Part shown: positions 1 through 13,059 of the stretch, piece after piece
How positions within the stretch are numbered: position 1 is the first letter of the stretch
Layout of the letters: every line of letters starts with the position of its first letter
NCBI RefSeq assembly: GCF_018350175.1
Contig: NC_058368.1
Location: 179,492,001-179,556,000 of the forward strand
Direction: 5' to 3'
DNA length: 64,000 nucleotides
Origin: Felis catus
Taxonomy: Eukaryota
Program-made: the position numbers and the translations under genes
The notes under the pieces: model-generated
Databases searched by the model: none
What the model was told of the DNA's origin: nothing
The model's input: the letters and a program-made list of their open reading frames with translations, nothing else

Positions 1-1082
1 ATTTTAGCCACTCTGACTGGCGTGAGGTGATATCTGAGTGTGGTTTTGATTTGTATTTCCCTGATGAGGAGTGACGTTGAGCATCTTTTCATGTGCCTGT
101 TGGCCATCTGGATGTCTTCTTTAGAGAAGTGTCTATTCATGTCTTCTGCCCATTTCTTCACTGGATTATTTGTTTTTCAGGTGTGGAGTTTGGTGAGCTC
201 TTTATAGATTTTGGATACTAGCCCTTTGTCCAATATGTCATTTGCAAATATCTTTTCCCATTCCGTTGGTTGCCTTTTAGTTTTGTTCATTGTTTCCTTT
301 GCTGTGCAGAAGCTTTTTATCTTCATGAGGTCCCAATAGTTCATTTTTGCTTTTAATTCCCTTGCCTTTGGGGATATGTCAAGTAAGAAATTGCTGTGGC
401 TGAGGTCAGAGAGGTTTTTCCCTGATGTCTCCTCCAGGGTTTTGATGGTTTCCTGTCTCACATTTAGGTCCTTTATCCATTTTGAGTTTGTTTTTGTGAA
501 TGGTGTAAGTGGTCTAGTCTCATCCTTCTGCATGTTGCTTTCCAGTTCTCCCAGCACCATTTGTTAATGAGACTGTCTTTTTTCCATTGGATATTCTTTC
601 CTGCTTTGTCAAAGATGAGTTGGCCATACTTTTGTGGGTCTAGTTCTGGGGTTTCTATTCTATTCCGTTGGTCTATGTGTCTGTTTTTGTGCCAATACCT
701 TGCTGTCTTGATGATTACAGCTTTGTAGTAGAGGCTAAAGTCTGGGATTGTGATGCCTCCTGCTTTGGTCTTCTTCTTCAAAATTACTTTGGCTATTCGG
801 GGCCTTTTGTGGTTCCATACAAATTTTAGGATTGCTTGTTCTAGCTTCAAGAAGAATGCTGGTGCAATTTTGATTGGGATTGCATTGAATGTGTAGATAG
901 CTTTGGGTAGTATTGACATTTTAACAATATTTATTCTTCCAACCCATGAGCACAGAATGTTTTTCCATTTCTTTATATCTTCTTCAATTTCCTTCATAAG
1001 CTTTCTATAGTTTTCAGCATACAGATCTTTTACATCTTTGGTCAGGTTTATTCCTAGGTATTTTATGATTCTTGGTGCAATT
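1..1082 (-). mobile_element. Young felid LINE-1, 5'-truncated ORF2 fragment (3' part runs off window start)
   Basis: ORFs 473-997 and 177-560 translate to L1 ORF2p C-terminal region; a 4-bp deletion near 506 relative to the copy at ~32165 shifts the frame; homology stops at ~1082. Confidence 0.95.
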
Positions 1083-1690
1083 CATATTACAAATTTAAAT
1101 CTATCTCCCTATAATGTCTCCCTGCATTTTCTTAGTTCTTCATTCTTGAATAGCTCCAAATGTGTCTACCTATTTTTCTAGCACCTGGGACAATTCCTGA
1201 CAACACATAGACATTTAATCAATATTTCTAAAATAATTAATGGCATTTTTTCAGCTATGTAAGAATATCAGTTGTGTAAAGGTAGATATCTTATCCTACT
1301 CTTGGATAATCTCTGATAATGGTTATATCATTGTAAGCAAAATTACTCTCTTGTTGATAATCCCCTGTGTTGGTATGTCTGCAACCAAAAGTCAACTTCA
1401 AAATTGGTTGTTTGAAACCTGAATTACATTTTCTTTTAGGTAAAATATGGTCAATGGTGCTTGCTTTCCAAGCTAGTACACACTAGCTAATTTGGTGGAT
1501 ATTGGTACTGGTCTAGATCTCAGGAGTCAGAAACCTCTAAATAGTCCAAACCTTCATTTGAAGTGTGAGTTGAGTTTTGAGCAGAACTGGGCCAAATCAG
1601 TCTTGGCCTCCCTTACCTGGCGGTATCCCTCTTCCTTCCTCTATTGTCCTATTCATCCGTCGCATTCTGCTACACTAAGGCTTCCATAGC

Positions 1691-2136
1691 TATGGTGGCC
1701 TTAAAAATGTACCACTTAGAATTCCTGCTGTGTCATGGGGACCATATTTAATAAATATCCCTAGATGCTGTACTCCAAATCCATGCCATCTGCTCTGAGG
1801 CTTTGCTTCCCTTGGGATACTCTCAGCCAATGACTGAGCACAAGGGGGGTACTAAGGCAGGCCCATACCTGTGAGATGCTAGATAAATTGGTACTAGGGC
1901 TCTCCATCAACCTAGCCAAAAATTTCCTAGCACTGTGCTGCAGTCTGAGACTGCTAACCCAGCACTCTGTCCTTCTTTTCCTCTTGCCTTCACAGGGTCA
2001 GCCCTGTTCTATGGTCTGACAGCTCTCCTTGCCTTCTCTGACTCCACCTCTGTTTCTCTCGCAGACATTTTCCAGTAGATTGCTTGCATGTCTAATTCCA
2101 TCTTGGCTTCTGCTTCTTGCAGGATGAGGTGTAACA
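1691..2136 (+). mobile_element. ERVL solo LTR (LTR16-like)
   Basis: 3' end CTTGCATGTCTAATTCCATCTTGGCTTCTGCTTCT...TAACA resembles recalled LTR16 terminus. Confidence 0.65.
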
Positions 2137-3402
2137 GATTTGTGACCTTGAGATTGCATACAGGAAGCATGCAGCAGGGAGACTTCTTCAACCCCAACAA
2201 CTGATGAGCATTTCCTTGCTTGGGGTACAGAAGAGAGTGGTTGGACAGTGCATCAAGGAAGTATTAATTTGAACAAGAGGGGTTGGATCTACCTAATGGA
2301 GCTGGAAAAGATCTGAGACTCTTATACATACAGTTAGCACCCAATCTTCCTCCAAACCCTAAGGTCAAACACGTGATCTGTTCTTCCTCATTTCCTGACT
2401 TATATTTCAGACTGTTTCTTGTTTTTACATTATTAAAGTTACTTTGAAGATTCACTTTGATCTGATTTAAATGGAAATAAATAGGAGTAGAAAGAAACGG
2501 TTTCCAGTGCAATTTTCTGCCCCTTCACCTCCAAACACTATGTGTGCATCCAGTCCATACTGAGACGTTGGGCATGTCAGATGAGTAACTTTGGTCCTTT
2601 TTACATGATTTTGTCTATTCTTTACATTTCTATTCAATATTTAATAGGAATGGGAAAAATAATAAAAGTAAATGCTTTTTACATTCAAAATAAAGGTATA
2701 TTTTCCATGTACATATTACATGTGATTTTCTGAACTAGACAATTTATTGAGAGGCATAGTAAACTCTTTAAATGTAGACATTCTAATAAATCATCCCCAG
2801 GAAAGAGCACATACAGCATCATGAATTTTTCAGTTTCAGAATTTAAGCAGGCTGGACTGTTACAGGGAACTCCCAGAAGGCCAGTCTCAAAGTTAGTAGT
2901 GAGACCTTATACACACCATGCAAATTTCATGTATTTGCCATAAAAAATATCAGCAGAGAGAGGCTGGCAGCAATAGGGAGTGTTTAATTGCAGCCAAATC
3001 CATTTATGTCTCATGAGTTTTGTCAGCAGTCATGTATGGAGACCTGAATTGACTGGCTCCCTACTCTAGTTTTATGCCAGTAGCATTTTGGTGGCCCCTA
3101 CTGACTGGTGCTCTGGACAGCTGCGTAATGGCTCACCCATGAATCTGGTCTGTATCATCCCAATCCTGGGGTATAGAATGGACTCAGCCTGAAACACTGT
3201 GTCATTTCTATGAAATGCCCCCTGGAGAGCCTGGGTGCCATCTGGCCAGAGGAAGACTGGGGAGAGGGGAGCCTGCTGGAGCTAGATGAAGGGATTTGGT
3301 TTTGGTCATGTAGCTGGAAGAGTGAAGTATAGTTGTGGTAGAAAGTCACAGGTTTTTCTCACCATCTGAGAGGGAAAGTCTTCAGAGAAATAAGGGAGGT
3401 GG

Positions 3403-3619
3403 CAGTGCTTTTCAATTTTGCCATTCTTACCACCTGCAAAACATTTGGCAAAGTATGGAGACTTTTTTTGTGGTTGTCACAAGTGGTGGATAAGTGCTAC
3501 TGGCATCTGGTGGGTAGAGGCCAGAGATGCTGCTAAATATCCTATAATGTTTGGAACAGCCCCACAACAAAGAATTTTCTGGTCTAAAATGTAAGTAGTG
3601 CTAAGTTTGAGAAACCCTG
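3403..3619 (+). mobile_element. MER20 (hAT-Charlie MITE)
   Basis: CAGTG...GAGAAACCCTG termini and internal GCTACTGGCATCTGGTGGGTAGAGGCCAGAGATGCTGCTAAA motif. Confidence 0.88.
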
Positions 3620-4087
3620 CTAGACCCAGGATTAGCTCTAGTCCTGGGCTAGGATAGATTATGGGTGTTTTCTTTCCTTTCTAGGATAAAAGCTTTCCTA
3701 CAAGGCCCACATCTCCCTTTGCTTCAACCTTGGCTTACCACCTTCTCATCTGAGTCCTGCAGCATCTACAGTCCGTTCCACATCCTCACCCCATACTGGT
3801 GGAGAACATGCATGGCCGGAAGTTGGGAGGGAAGGGAAGGCAGAGAGCTTTGATCTAAGGTACTCCCCATCTTCACTGGCTTTCATTTGTACCCTGAGGC
3901 ATTCACAGGAAGGAAATGTTTTATAGACTAACAAGGAGACTGGGCTCAAGAATTAGTGGGGTCCGGATTTGTGCAGAGGAGGGAAAGATTCCAGGAAAGA
4001 GGCTCCTTATTAAGTTATGTGGGAGAGGGAATGTGTGTGGTATGCTTATGTTCCATTTGTCTAAATGTTTCCATGAAGTCAGAAACA

Positions 4088-4632
4088 TTACCCAATATTC
4101 TGACTATCCATAAATGCATAACAAATCACCCCTAAATTAGCAGCTTAAAGCAATTTGTTAGTATCTCTCACAGTTCTTGAGTTGGCCTGACTCATCCAGG
4201 TGGTTCTTGCTTGGACATCTTACATGTGGTTATAATCAGATGGCGGTGGAAGGCTGTAGTCATCTGAAGGCTCGACTGCCCTGGATGTCCAAGACAGCTC
4301 ACTTGTATGGGTTGCACTTACTGTTGGCTCTCGGCTTAGAAACTCAGCTGAAGTTGCACCTGGAACATCTCCATGTGGCTTCTCCATGTGGCTTGGGCTT
4401 CTTACAGCAGGGCATCTGGCTTCTAAGAGGGAACATATGGAAAAGCAAGCTGCAAATCTTTTTGTGACCTAGCCTCAGAAATCCCAGATTTCAGATGGTT
4501 AAAATAAAGTCACTGAGGCCAGCTCAGATTAATGAAGAGGGAAATTAGACAACTTCTCTTGATGGGAAGAGTATCGTGTACACACGCAGGGAGGGAAGGG
4601 ATTGATTGTTGCCATCTTTGACTGTTTACCAC
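4088..4632 (-). mobile_element. MaLR LTR (MLT1H-like)
   Basis: ATAACAAATCACCCC, GTCATCTGAAGGCTCGACTG and CTCCATGTGGCTTGGGCTTCT motifs typical of old MLT1. Confidence 0.75.
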
Positions 4633-4894
4633 CTCCTACTCTTTGATGCCTCAGACTCTTCTTCCCAACTCCAACACCCCAAACAAGAAGGCCTAGCATT
4701 ATGCTGTGCCAAGTAGGTGAGAGCCAGTATGGAGTAGTGGTTAAGACCATAGATGTTTAGAGGCAGGGAGACCTGGGTTTGAGTATGGGATTTTCTACTT
4801 AACAGCTGTGGATCTTGGACAATTTGTCTAACCTGTTTGAGTCTCAGTTGGCTCATTTGTAAAAGGGTATTAATATATATGTACCTCCCTTCTT

Positions 4895-5285
4895 TGTACC
4901 TAGTTGGGGGTGAGAAGGGTGTTGGCCTCAATGGATTCCTTTGGCTTTCTGGCTTATATTTAGGTTCAGGCATTGAAGGATCCAGCAGGAGACTGGAGAA
5001 CACAAGGCAGGAGAGTTTAAAATATTTAATCCCACTGGAATGCTGCAGTTCTGTCATTATCTGTGACATTTCATGACCACAGCTTCTGCAGGGCAGCTCA
5101 CTTTCCTGGCTCCAGCTCTCACTGTTCCTCCCCTTGCGTCTACAGGCCTAGAGGTAAAAACAGCTTCTCAGTGTTGCTTTTCTTGGGTGCCTCAACATCC
5201 CTCCTTAGTTCCTTTAACTCCCCCCATCCCCATGAAAAGAATTCCTTCTGTAAATTACCCCAACATTTAACCTCAAGTATGATTC
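4895..5285 (+). mobile_element. ERVL LTR remnant (LTR33-like)
   Basis: Diverged similarity to recalled LTR33 consensus; related to the opposite-strand copy at ~37285. Confidence 0.45.
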
Positions 5286-5501
5286 AAGGAAACCAGCAGT
5301 TTCCTCCTGAGGCTGTAAGGGCTACATCCACCAATGACTTCCTATTGGTCTCAGGGTGGAGCTCAAGCTCCTCTTCACAAGACACCCACAGCCCTGCCAG
5401 ATCTAGACCCTGCCTGCCTCTGCAGTCCCACTGTGCTGTTTGTCTCCTTCTTTGTATCTGGTACCTGACCCTAACTCAGTTCTTAAAATGCTCATTCCCT
5501 T

Positions 5502-5727
5502 GGGGCGCCTGGGTGGCGCAGTCGGTTAAGCGTCCGACTTCAGCCAGGTCACGATCTCACGGTCCACGAGTTCGAGCCCCGCGTCAGGCTCTGGGCTGAT
5601 GGCTCAGAGCCTGGAGCCTGTTTCCGATTCTGTGTCTCCCTCTCTCTCTGCCCCTCCCCCGTTCATGTTCTGTCTCTCTCTGTCCCAAAAATAAAAAAAT
5701 AAACTTGAAAAAAAATTAAAAAAAAAA
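5502..5727 (+). mobile_element. Young felid CAN-SINE (SINEC_Fc-like)
   Basis: GGGGCGCCTGGGTGGCGCAGTCGGTTAAG head with A/B boxes, CT-rich linker, A-tail; 16-bp TSD TAAAATGCTCATTCCC (5484-5499, 5728-5743); CpGs largely intact. Confidence 0.97.
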
Positions 5728-5984
5728 TAAAATGCTCATTCCCACCTCTCAGCTTTTGGATGTGCCTTTATGTCTTCCTGGAAATCCTATCCTCATTATC
5801 CTTCTTCCCTTGCAGAGTTAACTCTACTTACCCTCAGCTCAAATGTTGCCTTCTTCCAAAAATCTCCATAAATCACTAGATTGTGCATTATATTAGTTCT
5901 TTAGATTTCCTTCATACTTGTATCACAATTGTTGCATTTGTTTGATCAGTTTGTCTCTCCTACTAGACTATAAGAAGGAAGGGA

Positions 5985-6305
5985 TTGAACTCACAGAAGC
6001 AGAAAATAGAGAAGTAGTTACCAGGGGCTGGGAAGTGGAGGAAATAGGGAAAGCTGGTAAAAGGGTAAAAATTTGAGCTATAAGATGAATAAGGTCTGAA
6101 GATCTAATGTATAATATGGTTACTTTGGTTGATAACATTATATCATATAATTGAAATTTGCTAAGAAATATGTGAGGTGTTGGATGTGTTAATTAACTCA
6201 CTGGGGGGGGAATCCTTTCACAATGTGTATGTTTATCAAATCATCACATTGTACACTTTAAATATCGTACAATTTTATTTCTCAATTATACCTCAATAAA
6301 GCTGG
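5985..6305 (+). mobile_element. L1 3' UTR fragment (L1MA-like) within an L2 remnant
   Basis: ...ATCACATTGTACACTTTAAATAT...ATTATACCTCAATAAAGCTG terminus. Confidence 0.85.
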
Positions 6306-7734
6306 GGGTGGGGCAGAGTTAAGGAGCGGGCACCGGGTCAATTTTGGCTTACTTTTATATCCTCAACATGTAACATGGTACCCTAGTACATTGCAGAAAT
6401 TGTTAATCAATGTGTATAATCCAAAATCCCAAATCTTATCACTGGAGGATAGAACAAAGTGATTTGGTGCTTCCAAGGTCATTTTAAGAAATTAGACACT
6501 GTGTTAAGGACTTGAGTCACCAGATTGCATATAAGTTAAATTGCCCCTCTGCACCTCCAATTCCTTTTGGATATTTTTAGAAACCATGTGTCCAAACAAA
6601 GCTCTGCAAGGAAAATTTATACCCCTACCACCACCACGTGTGTGGTATGCAGCAGAGCAGAAAAACAATCAGAAATGCACTTGATGAAGAAGAAAACAGC
6701 AGAATGTGAGTCCCTGGGCAAAGCATCTTGGAGAAGCCAGCCCAACAGCTGCTTGCATTAAAAATGATTGCTTTATATTTATGGCAGACAGGCAACAATA
6801 AGCAGTTTATAGCCTATAATCTAACACAAATGACTTGGGAAAATAGTCTTAATAGATAGTTTAGCTGAGTGTCCCAGGGCGTTAGGAAGCCCAGCAGGGA
6901 ACACTCAGAATTGGCCTTTATTGATCTGACAAATCCTCCCCGACTGGCTGCATGTTAAACCATTTCTCTGCACAATTTTGTATTCTCCCACTTAAGGAAA
7001 CTGCAGAAGACCTATCAAACGCCGGGGGCACAGACTCTCCTAGGTAGTCATCCCCAGACTATCTTCTGGCTTCTTAGAAACCAAACCCTCCTCCCTGGGC
7101 TGTATCAAACCAGGGAAAATGAAGCGTGACCTTGTAAAATATCAGTCCCTGCCTGTTTTCCCCCCTAATTGTGGGGATGTTATCATGGCAAAAGAAAAAT
7201 ATCATTTTCCGCACTCCATTCTGGAAAACGATATCCATCTGTGGGAACGCTGAGCAGGCATGACTGCTGTGGCCAGGCGTGGTATCAGACTGACAGGTTG
7301 AGTGAGAGTTTGGTTTCCATAAGGGGTCAGCAGAAAGAAAGGAAGTAGGTCCAGGGGAATTCGAGTTCTCAGTGCCCTTTCTTCTGGCCGTCTAACCGTC
7401 TTCCCTTGGGCCTTCTTGCTGTTCGGTGATGTCCATTTGAGCTCAGAACACCATCTTATATCATTGGATCCTATGTTGTACACACGTATTCCTAGCTGGA
7501 CTGCATCCTTCTTTTTTAGGCATGCCTCAGACCTCTTTGTCTCTCTTGGACCACATTAGGACAATCCTTTCTATTAGAAAGGACTAGAAAATAGTAGTTC
7601 CATCTACGAGAAAGAATGCAGCCTCCTACTTTTAACCACAGGTAATATTTTGTATTGCACCAATCCCCCCCCCCCCCACCGTGTTAAACTGGTCTGACCT
7701 AAACTCCTGTTTCTCTGTCCCTTTAATGATTAAG

Positions 7735-7960
7735 AATTTAAGATCCAGTGCTAGGGAATTAGGTGCCAGCATTCCAGCTGTCTCATTCCAGTGGTGTGGT
7801 CTTTGGACAGTTATTTAACCTCTCAGAGCTTCAGTATTCTTATGTGTAAAATGTGGATAAAAATGATACCTATGTCACGGCGATGTTATAAAGACTGATT
7901 GTGATGTGTGTTAATGTCGTTTGTACAGTGCATACAAATAGTTAGCACTCAATCAATGTT
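7735..7960 (+). mobile_element. MIR (representative; other MIR remnants at ~4730, 17300, 22010, 39215, 41335, 43715, 46935, 48195, 49880, 52200, 54745, 56145, 61420, 62785)
   Basis: Core TTATTTAACCTCTCAGAGCTTCAGT...TGTAAAATG and related motifs. Confidence 0.75.
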
Positions 7961-7967
7961 AGATTCT

Positions 7968-8333
7968 TGCTGTAGTTTGAATGTTTATGTATCTTCAAAA
8001 TTCAGTTGTTGAAATCCTAGTGGCCAGTGTGATGGTATTAGGAAGTAGGAGCTTTGGGAGGTGATAGGGTCCTAAGGGTAAAGCCCTCAAGAATGGGGTT
8101 AATGCTGTTATAAAAGAGACTCCACAGAGCTCTCTCACCCCTTCCAATGTGTGAGAACACAGGGAGAATGTGATATCTATGAACCAGGAAGAAGAGAGAC
8201 CTCACAAGAGTGTGACCATGCAAGTGATTTGATCTTGGACTTCCCAGCCTCCAAAACTGTGGGAAATAAATTTTCTTTTTATAATCTGCCCATTCTGTGT
8301 TACTTCGTTATAGCAGCCAAATGGACTAAAACA
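7968..8333 (+). mobile_element. MaLR solo LTR (MLT1A-like)
   Basis: TG...CA termini, TTGGACTTCCCAGCCTCC and AATAAA motifs; perfect 5-bp TSD ATTCT (7963-7967, 8334-8338). Confidence 0.92.
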
Positions 8334-9059
8334 ATTCTTCTCTCCCTTTCCTTCTTTTTCTTCTTTTTTATGAGGGTAATCTCATCTTGGCCTAAAAATA
8401 CTTACAGAATGTTTAAAAAAAAAAAAGTAGATATTTCTGCTGGAGATGATTGTCCTAATGAAGTCCAAGAAAAAGAGTTCTGAGACATGGATCTTTCCTT
8501 GAGGAGCTTGTAGTCCAGTTAGTGATAAATGTGTGCAATACAGGAAACAACAATATAAGACAGTGAGCTCTGAGTTCACAGCAAAAGATCAAATGCTTTG
8601 AGCACAGGAAGAATGAGCTCTGTGAGCATGAGAAATCTTACCAGAGAAGCAGTGTCTTCAAGTTCTCAGAAAAATTAACAGGAGGATAAATACTCTGGAT
8701 AGAAAAATGACATCAATAAAAATCTTTAGGTAAGAAATAGAGTAGTAAGTTCAAAGGACAACAAATAGACCATATGACTGAATGGTCCTACATATGTTTG
8801 GCCAGTAGTGAAATATATGGCTAGAGAAAGCCTTTGCTCCATTAACCATAGCTCCCATGGGTGTTTTTACACATGAACTTGGGCTGTTCAATGTCATAGG
8901 ATAAACATAGTATCTTTTTCTGCAGCTTCAACTTACTTAAAAATTAAATTTTAAATGCATCATGTTTTCATTAAAATAAATCCAGATATAATGTGGGGTA
9001 GACTAAAAAATTCACATAAAAATTTAGGATAAATAATGAGAATTTATAAGTACTTTGCA

Positions 9060-9325
9060 TTTTATTTTATTTTATTTATTTTATTTTATTTTATTTTATT
9101 TTATTTTATTTTATTTTATATGTTTATTATTTTTGAGAGAGAGACAGAGAGACAGAGAGCAAGCAGGGGAGAGGCATGAGCCACAGGGAGACACAGAATC
9201 CGAAGCAGGCTCTAGGCTCTGAGCTGTCAGCACAGAGCCGGATGCGGGGCTCGAACTCACAAGCTGTGAGATCATGACCTGAGCCGAAGTCAGATGCTCA
9301 ACAGACGGAGCCACCCATGTGCCCC
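9060..9325 (-). mobile_element. Felid CAN-SINE with (TTTTA)n tail microsatellite
   Basis: SINE body on minus strand; 13/15 TSD (9045-9059 vs 9326-9340); (TTTTA)n at ~9061-9118. Confidence 0.95.
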
Positions 9326-10169
9326 TATAAATGCTTTGCAATTTATTGTAAGTATCTTAGAGCTATGTCGCAGATCTTATGGAGACTCTTCATGAGAGTA
9401 CTTGGTAGTCAAAGTTTGAGATTCACAACTAAACCAGTGGTAGACATTGCATAGGACAAAAAGGGGTATATTTTGGGTCAGAGGAAAAAAAAATGATGAC
9501 ATGTTAGATACCAAATCCTTTTTCCTAATTTTTATATAGAGAGAATGAGGTTTCAAGAGAAGGCAGTTTTTGCCTGGGGGTGCACAGGTAAGGCTCGCCA
9601 ACCAAGACATAGCTCATATGTGGGGTGACTGTAATATAATTTGTTTGCCTGCTTCTGAGATGCTCTCTCAAAATTAAACCTTACAAGTTGCAGTAGAAAC
9701 CTTGTACAATGGTTTTGATAGCTGGTAAGTTTTCTATGTGAAATGTAAAGTTTCCCATTCAGGGATACTGACCTAGGTACCATTTACAGTCTGTGAAAGG
9801 CATGTAGGAAATCTATCCCTGGCAGCATGTCATTTGTTGCTGAAATTGTGACATTTTAGATCTCCAGTCTTTTTAGCTTTCATTCTGATGGTGTCAGGTG
9901 AAGTGGCTTCTGGAGGTCTAGGGTGACCAGTGAACGTTGAATCCTACTGACAGTCAAGAGTCCTAAAGACATAAGTCGGTAAGGAAAATCAACCCAGCTT
10001 CAAGAGCAGTGTCTACATGGGTCCCAGAGGAACATGGAAATGTCACCTACTCCTATGGTGTCCACACCACACTGTAGCAAGATGGAAAAGCAGAAATGAT
10101 ACATTTTAGCAAATAGAGACTACAGAAATCTCAACCAAGTAAGGTTTTCTTCAGACTCTAAGGAAGTTT

Positions 10170-11440
10170 TACAAGCCACAAACTAGAAGAAAATACTTAC
10201 AATTCACTTACAATTATATCCAGAAATTAAAAAGCTTCTTCATAAATCAATAAGGGAAAGATTAACTCAAAATATAAAAATTGATAATTCACAGAAGAAA
10301 CCTGAAAAAACATTATCATGGGAAAAAAATCTCAACCTCATAGTAATCTTGTAACTACAAATTAAAACCATAGTGAGAGAATATTTTATATCAGATGGAA
10401 AAAAAAGTAAAAGGTCTAACAAAACCAAGTTTTGACTTGGATATTGAACTCAAGATTGGAACACCTGGGTAGCTCAGTCAGTTGAGCATCTGACTTTGGC
10501 TCAGGTCATGATCTCGCAGTTTGTGGGTTAGCCCAGCATCAGGCTCTCTGCTGACAGCTCAGAGCCTGGAACCTACTTCAGATTCTGTGTCTCCCTCTTT
10601 CTCTTCCTCTCCCCCACCAGTGCTCTCTCTTTCTCTGTATCTCAAAAATGAATAAACATTTTGAAATGTTTTTAAAAAAAAATAAAAGAAAGAGGGGTAT
10701 CTGCGTGGCTCGGTCAGTTAAGCGTCTGACTTTGGCTCCTGCCATGATCTCATGGTTCATGGGTTCGAGCCCAGCGTTGGGCTCTGTGCTGACAGCTCAG
10801 GGCCTGGAGCCCACTTCAGATTCTGTGTCTCACTTTCTCTCTGCCCCTTCCCCACTCTGTCTCTTCTATATCTCAATAATAAACATTAAAATAAAAAGGA
10901 AAGTCAAGATCATATTCTCTATCAAAATGTTTTTGGCTATAAATAAGCACAACCACTTAGGATAGTAATTTGTCAATACTTAATAAAGTTAAAGATTTCC
11001 AAATCCTATGATCCAATAATTGCAAAACAAGCATACAGCCCAAATAAACTTCCACAAATGTGTGCAAAGAATATTCATGCATCAGTAAGTTATAACAGTG
11101 AAGAACTAGAAACAACCTATACTTACAATAATAGAAAAATCATAAACTGTTGAGTTTTTGAGGTTTTTTTGGTAATGGAATACTACACAGCAATTAAAAT
11201 GAATGAGCCTGATCTGTATTGATCAGCATATTTAAATCTTCAAAATATGTTTACTACAAGAAAACAAGTTGCAGTGAGTAACCACAATATGATGCCATTG
11301 GTATAAACTTTAAACCGCAGATCAATAGTGTACAGTTGTTTTAAACAACCCAAAGTATAAATACATGAATGGGAAGGATATAAGCCATCTCCAAATATGA
11401 ATTACCTCTGGGGAAGAGAGTTGGGAAGGGGTAAGGAAAA
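10170..11440 (+). mobile_element. Ancient L1ME-like 3' region, interrupted by SINE dimer
   Basis: Degenerate ORF2 end/3' UTR motifs (ACAAATTAAAACCATAGTGAGA; ATGGAATACTACACAGCAATTAAAATGAATG). Confidence 0.75.
10458..10900 (+). mobile_element. Two head-to-tail CAN-SINEs (~10458-10692 and ~10694-10900)
   Basis: Two complete SINE bodies; the second starts directly in the A-tail of the first. Confidence 0.93.
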
Positions 11441-12189
11441 GTTTTAACCGAATCCTCTATGACTCAGAGAGGTTAGAAATTTCCCATGAGAAATCATACC
11501 CTGGGCTTGGTGCTTGGACAAGTATGAGCCTAAATTTACACAACTTGGATGACATACAAATCTCCACCTGAGAAATTGTTTAGAAAAAAAAAAAGCAATA
11601 TTGGACTGATGAGTCCCTGAAAGCACATGATAGAAATACTTCCACAACTTGGGGTATCCAAGATTGACCTACCATACTTATGCACACATAAATCCCTACT
11701 GATAATCAGCTCACAAACAAAAATTAAAAAATACACAACCTAGAATGTAGTCCATCATGAGGGAGAGTCAGGAGACACCACTAACTGGAGAATGAGCCTT
11801 CCAAGAAGCTGATATTGTAGAACATTCCTAAAGAAACTAAATAATAATCAAGAAGTTCCAATCCATATTGAAGTGGGCCTTCTCAATATCTGCCCAGTGC
11901 CATTTTAGAATGGCTATAGACCAAAGACTGCTCTGCATCTTCCTTTCTCCCATTTCTGAATGGATGTGTTCATTGAAATTATCCTGCTGGTATTCTACCA
12001 CAGTGTTGGGGAGAGGAGCAGATATTTGTCTTTTTGGTGTATCAACCTTAAGGCAAAGAGGAACCATGTCCAGATCTGAGGGAGTTTGGATGAAAGGACT
12101 GGATAGACCTTTGGGTAGCTTCCCTTGGGGGAGGGGAGGGCTTGAATGTGTTCTACAACTGGGAGGAAGAGGGAAAAAGAGTATTCAGT

Positions 12190-12500
12190 GATTTAAAAGT
12201 AGAAACACTTCCCCAGCAATTTTCTGGCCACTTATGGTTTGTCAGGACCATGCGACTATTTCTAAGCAATGGATTGTAAGTGGAAGTGACATGGGTTACT
12301 TCCGGATTGAATCATAGAAGAGAAGGCATAAGATCTCCTGCCCTTCCTTTTCATTCCTCAATGACAGTGGCAGCTCCACCTTGAGATAGTTTAGCCACTA
12401 GATGGAAACAGCTGGATTGCCAGATCATTGCTTAGAAGGAGCTGCAGACTTTCCATGAGAGAAAAATAAACTTTCATGTGTCAAGCTAAAACTCATATTG
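12190..12500 (+). mobile_element. MaLR LTR remnant (MLT1I/J-like), possibly preceded by internal sequence from ~11860
   Basis: GTGGAAGTGACATGGGTTACTTCC and GAGAAAAATAAACTTTC motifs. Confidence 0.55.
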
Positions 12501-12519
12501 CATGTGACTCTTATACACA

Positions 12520-12523
<4 letters not shown>

Positions 12524-12561
<38 letters not shown>

Positions 12562-12565
12562 CACA
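12524..12565 (+). repeat. (CA)n microsatellite
   Basis: Direct read; one CG interruption. Confidence 0.95.
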
Positions 12566-12803
12566 GTGCTCATTGAAAAAAAGATCACATACAAAAAAGA
12601 AAACTACGCTGGGAGGCAATCCACTGTGAGAACTGCAGATATAACAAAATGAGAATTAAGGCCCTGAAAGTCTGAAATAATGGAACTGTATGATAGAGAC
12701 TATATTAAAAAGTACATTTTAAATATTTGAATTGCCATTTACAGAGATATAGGTACTATTGGAAAATTTTTTTAAACTATTTAAGACAAAATCAACATGC
12801 CTT

Positions 12804-12895
12804 AAAAAAATTTTTTTAAGTTTATTTTTGAGACCGAGAAAGACAGAGCATGAGTGAAGGAGGGTAGAGAGAGAGGGAGACCCAGAATCCAAAGC
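12804..12895 (-). mobile_element. 5'-truncated CAN-SINE (3' half only)
   Basis: Tail and CT-linker region only; 12/13 TSD ATCAACA(T/G)GCCTT at 12791-12803 and 12896-12908. Confidence 0.88.
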
Positions 12896-13059
12896 ATCAA
12901 CAGGCCTTTTAAAAAAGGAAAAGCATTACATTTGAAATTGAAAAGTCAGTAGAAGACACACACATATATGTTTACTCATTTTATGACAAAGATGAAACTG
13001 AAATGTAGTAGGAAGTGAGGTTTCTTTTAAATAATTAAATGTTTCATCAATTGGATACC

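Noticed and set aside
5502..5590. tRNA gene
   Set aside because: A/B boxes belong to the tRNA-derived head of a CAN-SINE with tail and TSD; same applies to all other SINE heads.
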